Below, piece by piece: positions 29,316-30,894 of a stretch of 30,894 nt of DNA. Both the position numbers and the translations under genes were made by a program. How positions within the stretch are numbered: the stretch's first letter is position 1; each line of letters begins with the position of its first letter. The stretch comes from a candidate division FCPU426 bacterium (GTDB lineage Bacteria > Oederibacteriota > Muellerivitia > Muellerivitales > Muellerivitaceae), in NCBI GenBank assembly GCA_963830915.1, contig CAWHOE010000079.1, positions 1 through 30,894 on the forward strand, given 5' to 3'. Below the pieces are notes generated by a model. That model did no database searches. It was not told the origin of the DNA and saw only the letters and a list, made by a program, of their open reading frames with translations.

Positions 29316-30335
29316 TCACTTGCCCGGCAGCGATGGGGCGGATGACCCGGCGTTGGCGATATAACTATATACGGCTTCCAGGAACAATTGAGCTTCCTCC
29401 ACCCTGCGGTGCGCTTCATCCAGATTGGGATTTTCCAACCTGTTCTCGTTGGCCTTGAAAAGATAAGCGGCGAACTGGGTATTGTTCACATGCTTCACGA
29501 ACTCACCGGTATCGAAGAAACGTTTCTTGAACTCCAGGACCGTGGCCGGAGACTCTCCCGTGTATTCCCGGTCGCGGGTGCGCAGGACCGCCTCGGCGGA
29601 CTGGATCATGGACTCAAAGGCCAGGTCCACGGCGCTTTTCAGTTCCTTCTGGTCCAGCTTCACCTGGGCCTCGAAAGCCTTGCTCTCGGCGGCGGTAAGC
29701 GAGAACTCATAGGGCGCCACCACCTCGCCGGCGCATTCGCCCACCCCGATATCAGCGATGGTGTATTCCCTCGGGTCCCCCCAATCGGCGAACAACTCGG
29801 GCGATTCGTCATGGGACGGGATGACCATCAGGTCCTGGAGCAAGTTCCGGATCTCCACCTTCCCGACGCGTTTCACAAATTCCTGGAAGGACTCGTCCTT
29901 GAGCCGCTCCTTCACGAACTTCCCGGTCAACCTTTGCACGGTCTCGGGGATGCGTTTGGAAGGGACCGCCGCGACCGCCAAACCGTAAGAGCCACCGTTA
30001 TTTTTCCACTGCCCTCCCAACACCAGTTGGAAATGGGGGACGGTGTAAGACCCAGCCTTGCGCGAGACGCCGTAGAAGCCCAGGTCGGACACATGGTGTT
30101 GACCGCAGGAATTGGGACATCCGCTGACCTTGAGTTTCAGCTTTTTGACCTCGTCCGGCATCTCATCCATCATTTTCTCGAGCCTTTGGGAAAGCTCGCG
30201 AGCCAATCCTCTCGAGGCGGAAATGCCCAGCTTGCAGGTGTCCGTGCCGGGACAAGAGGTGATATCCGCGATGGTGTCCGCGTTCGGGTCCGCCAGACCG
30301 ACGGCCTGAAGATCCCCATAAAAAGCCGGAAGGTC
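29316..30335 (-). CDS. Nitrite/sulfite reductase (siroheme, 4Fe-4S), C-terminal part only
   Basis: ITSCPGTDTCKLGI and KVSGCPNSCGQHH cluster ligands; frame open up to TAG at 30336-30338, where the sequence changes. Confidence 0.9.
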   Translation of the reverse strand, partial: DLPAFYGDLQAVGLADPNADTIADITSCPGTDTCKLGISASRGLARELSQRLEKMMDEMPDEVKKLKLKVSGCPNSCGQHHVSDLGFYGVSRKAGSYTVPHFQLVLGGQWKNNGGSYGLAVAAVPSKRIPETVQRLTGKFVKERLKDESFQEFVKRVGKVEIRNLLQDLMVIPSHDESPELFADWGDPREYTIADIGVGECAGEVVAPYEFSLTAAESKAFEAQVKLDQKELKSAVDLAFESMIQSAEAVLRTRDREYTGESPATVLEFKKRFFDTGEFVKHVNNTQFAAYLFKANENRLENPNLDEAHRRVEEAQLFLEAVYSYIANAGSSAPSLPGK

Positions 30336-30449
30336 CTATCCGTCGGCAATGGCGCCGTATCGCTCGACCTCCAGCCCGCGCCGGTCCAGCTCGGCCGGCA
30401 GATCTTCGGTCAACGATTCCCGGTCGTCCGACCCGATCGCTATCCGCAT
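30336..30449 (-). CDS. RpiB/LacAB family sugar-phosphate isomerase, N-terminal fragment
   Basis: MRIAIGSDDRESLTEDLPAELDRRGLEVERYGAIADG* resembles the RpiB N-terminus (MRIAxGxD...L...G.EV..YG). Confidence 0.65.
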   Translation of the reverse strand: MRIAIGSDDRESLTEDLPAELDRRGLEVERYGAIADG

Positions 30450-30560
30450 CGGCTCGCGCTCATCCATTCGTCCACAGCATCATTCCATCCGCTGCCTGCC
30501 GCGTTCGCACCCCGCACTCGGTGGAGCGTGCCAGCCCCGGGGGCTCGCACGCTTGCGGCG

Positions 30561-30589
30561 TTGACGCGCGGGCTGCGGCATGTTAAGGT
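30561..30589 (+). promoter_or_regulatory. Sigma-70 promoter
   Basis: TTGACG-N17-TAAGGT with extended -10 TG. Confidence 0.6.
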
Positions 30590-30598
30590 ATGGCGGCA

Positions 30599-30676
30599 AT
30601 GAAGAGCCGACCCTGTTGTCGTCGCTGCCGCAAACATCTTCTCCGCCCGCCGGAGAGGCCGCTTACGGTTGCGTGA
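30599..30676 (+). CDS. Putative Cys-rich leader peptide MKSRPCCRRCRKHLLRPPERPLTVA
   Basis: ATG 9 nt after the -10 box, codons TGT TGT CGT CGC TGC, stop 24 nt before a terminator, upstream of a sulfite reductase. Confidence 0.6.
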   Translation: MKSRPCCRRCRKHLLRPPERPLTVA

Positions 30677-30700
30677 CGATGCGTCAACGCTTCCCGAAGT

Positions 30701-30734
30701 GACCCTCGCCGACGCCGGCGGGGGTCTTTTGTTT
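30701..30734 (+). terminator. Intrinsic terminator (attenuator) in the leader
   Basis: GACCCTCGCCG-ACGC-CGGCGGGGGTC (11 pairs, one G-U) followed by TTTTGTTT. Confidence 0.8.
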
Positions 30735-30766
30735 GCCGTTCACCGTCCCTGCACGAGGATCCGACC

Positions 30767-30894
30767 CTGAGTAAGATCGACGTCGAAACCGTCAAGGCAG
30801 AGAGCCGCGCGCTGCGTGGAACATCGCCCAGGAACTGAGCGAGCCCACCGACCGCTTCGGCGACGAGTCCGTCCAGCTGCTGAAATTTCACGGC
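30767..30894 (+). CDS. Assimilatory sulfite reductase hemoprotein (Sir/CysI type), 5' end, runs off the window; frameshift near 30820
   Basis: GAGGA RBS, CTG start; with one added A reads SKIDVETVKAESRALRGNIAQELSEPTDRFGDESVQLLKFHG, matching the E..K..S..LRG.I...L......F......LLKFHG N-terminus. Confidence 0.75.

Noticed and set aside
29388..30602. 404-aa plus-strand ORF and ORF 30583-30891 on the minus strand
   Set aside because: Antisense to clearly recognisable reductase genes; the first also crosses a junction
30767..30769. CTG start codon as a regulatory feature
   Set aside because: RBS spacing fits, but a single base-call error is equally plausible given a frameshift 50 bp away
1..30894. 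tRNA, rRNA, integrase or transposase genes
   Set aside because: None recognised on either strand

Overview
The window looks like a mosaic of four unrelated bacterial segments joined at abrupt mid-gene junctions (~770, ~7295, ~30337). (A) 1-~770: 5' part of a helix-turn-helix gene. (B) ~770-7294, GC-rich: a large 5'-truncated PEP-CTERM protein with autotransporter-associated beta-strand repeats and a 726-bp internal duplication, converging on a Cys-motif/TM/helical-repeat hypothetical gene. (C) ~7295-30335: a minus-strand housekeeping block of a diderm (LPS-making) bacterium. In transcription order it holds a sulfite/nitrite reductase C-half, a hypothetical gene, a + strand flavin reductase, zinc-ribbon gene, kdsD, kdsC, lipid A acyltransferase, lptCAB, CDP-alcohol phosphatidyltransferase, ino1, S1/P1 nuclease, amidohydrolase, rpoN, hpf, PTS IIA, hprK, yvcK, mannose-family PTS IIA/IIB, GH57, IIC/IID, ptsH and a truncated ptsI. 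(D) 30336-30894: an rpiB-family fragment and, divergently, a promoter, Cys-rich leader peptide, intrinsic terminator and the start of a second sulfite reductase. Several short-run frameshifts suggest uncorrected long-read errors. Best leads: a candidate cysteine-sensing transcriptional attenuator, a synonymously recoded duplicate of the acyltransferase 3' end flanking a hairpin (integration scar), inositol-lipid genes attached to the LPS transport operon, a sigma-54 site over the rpoN -10 box, and a 21-bp-phased motif upstream of hpf. All calls come from reading motifs by eye; no database searches were run.
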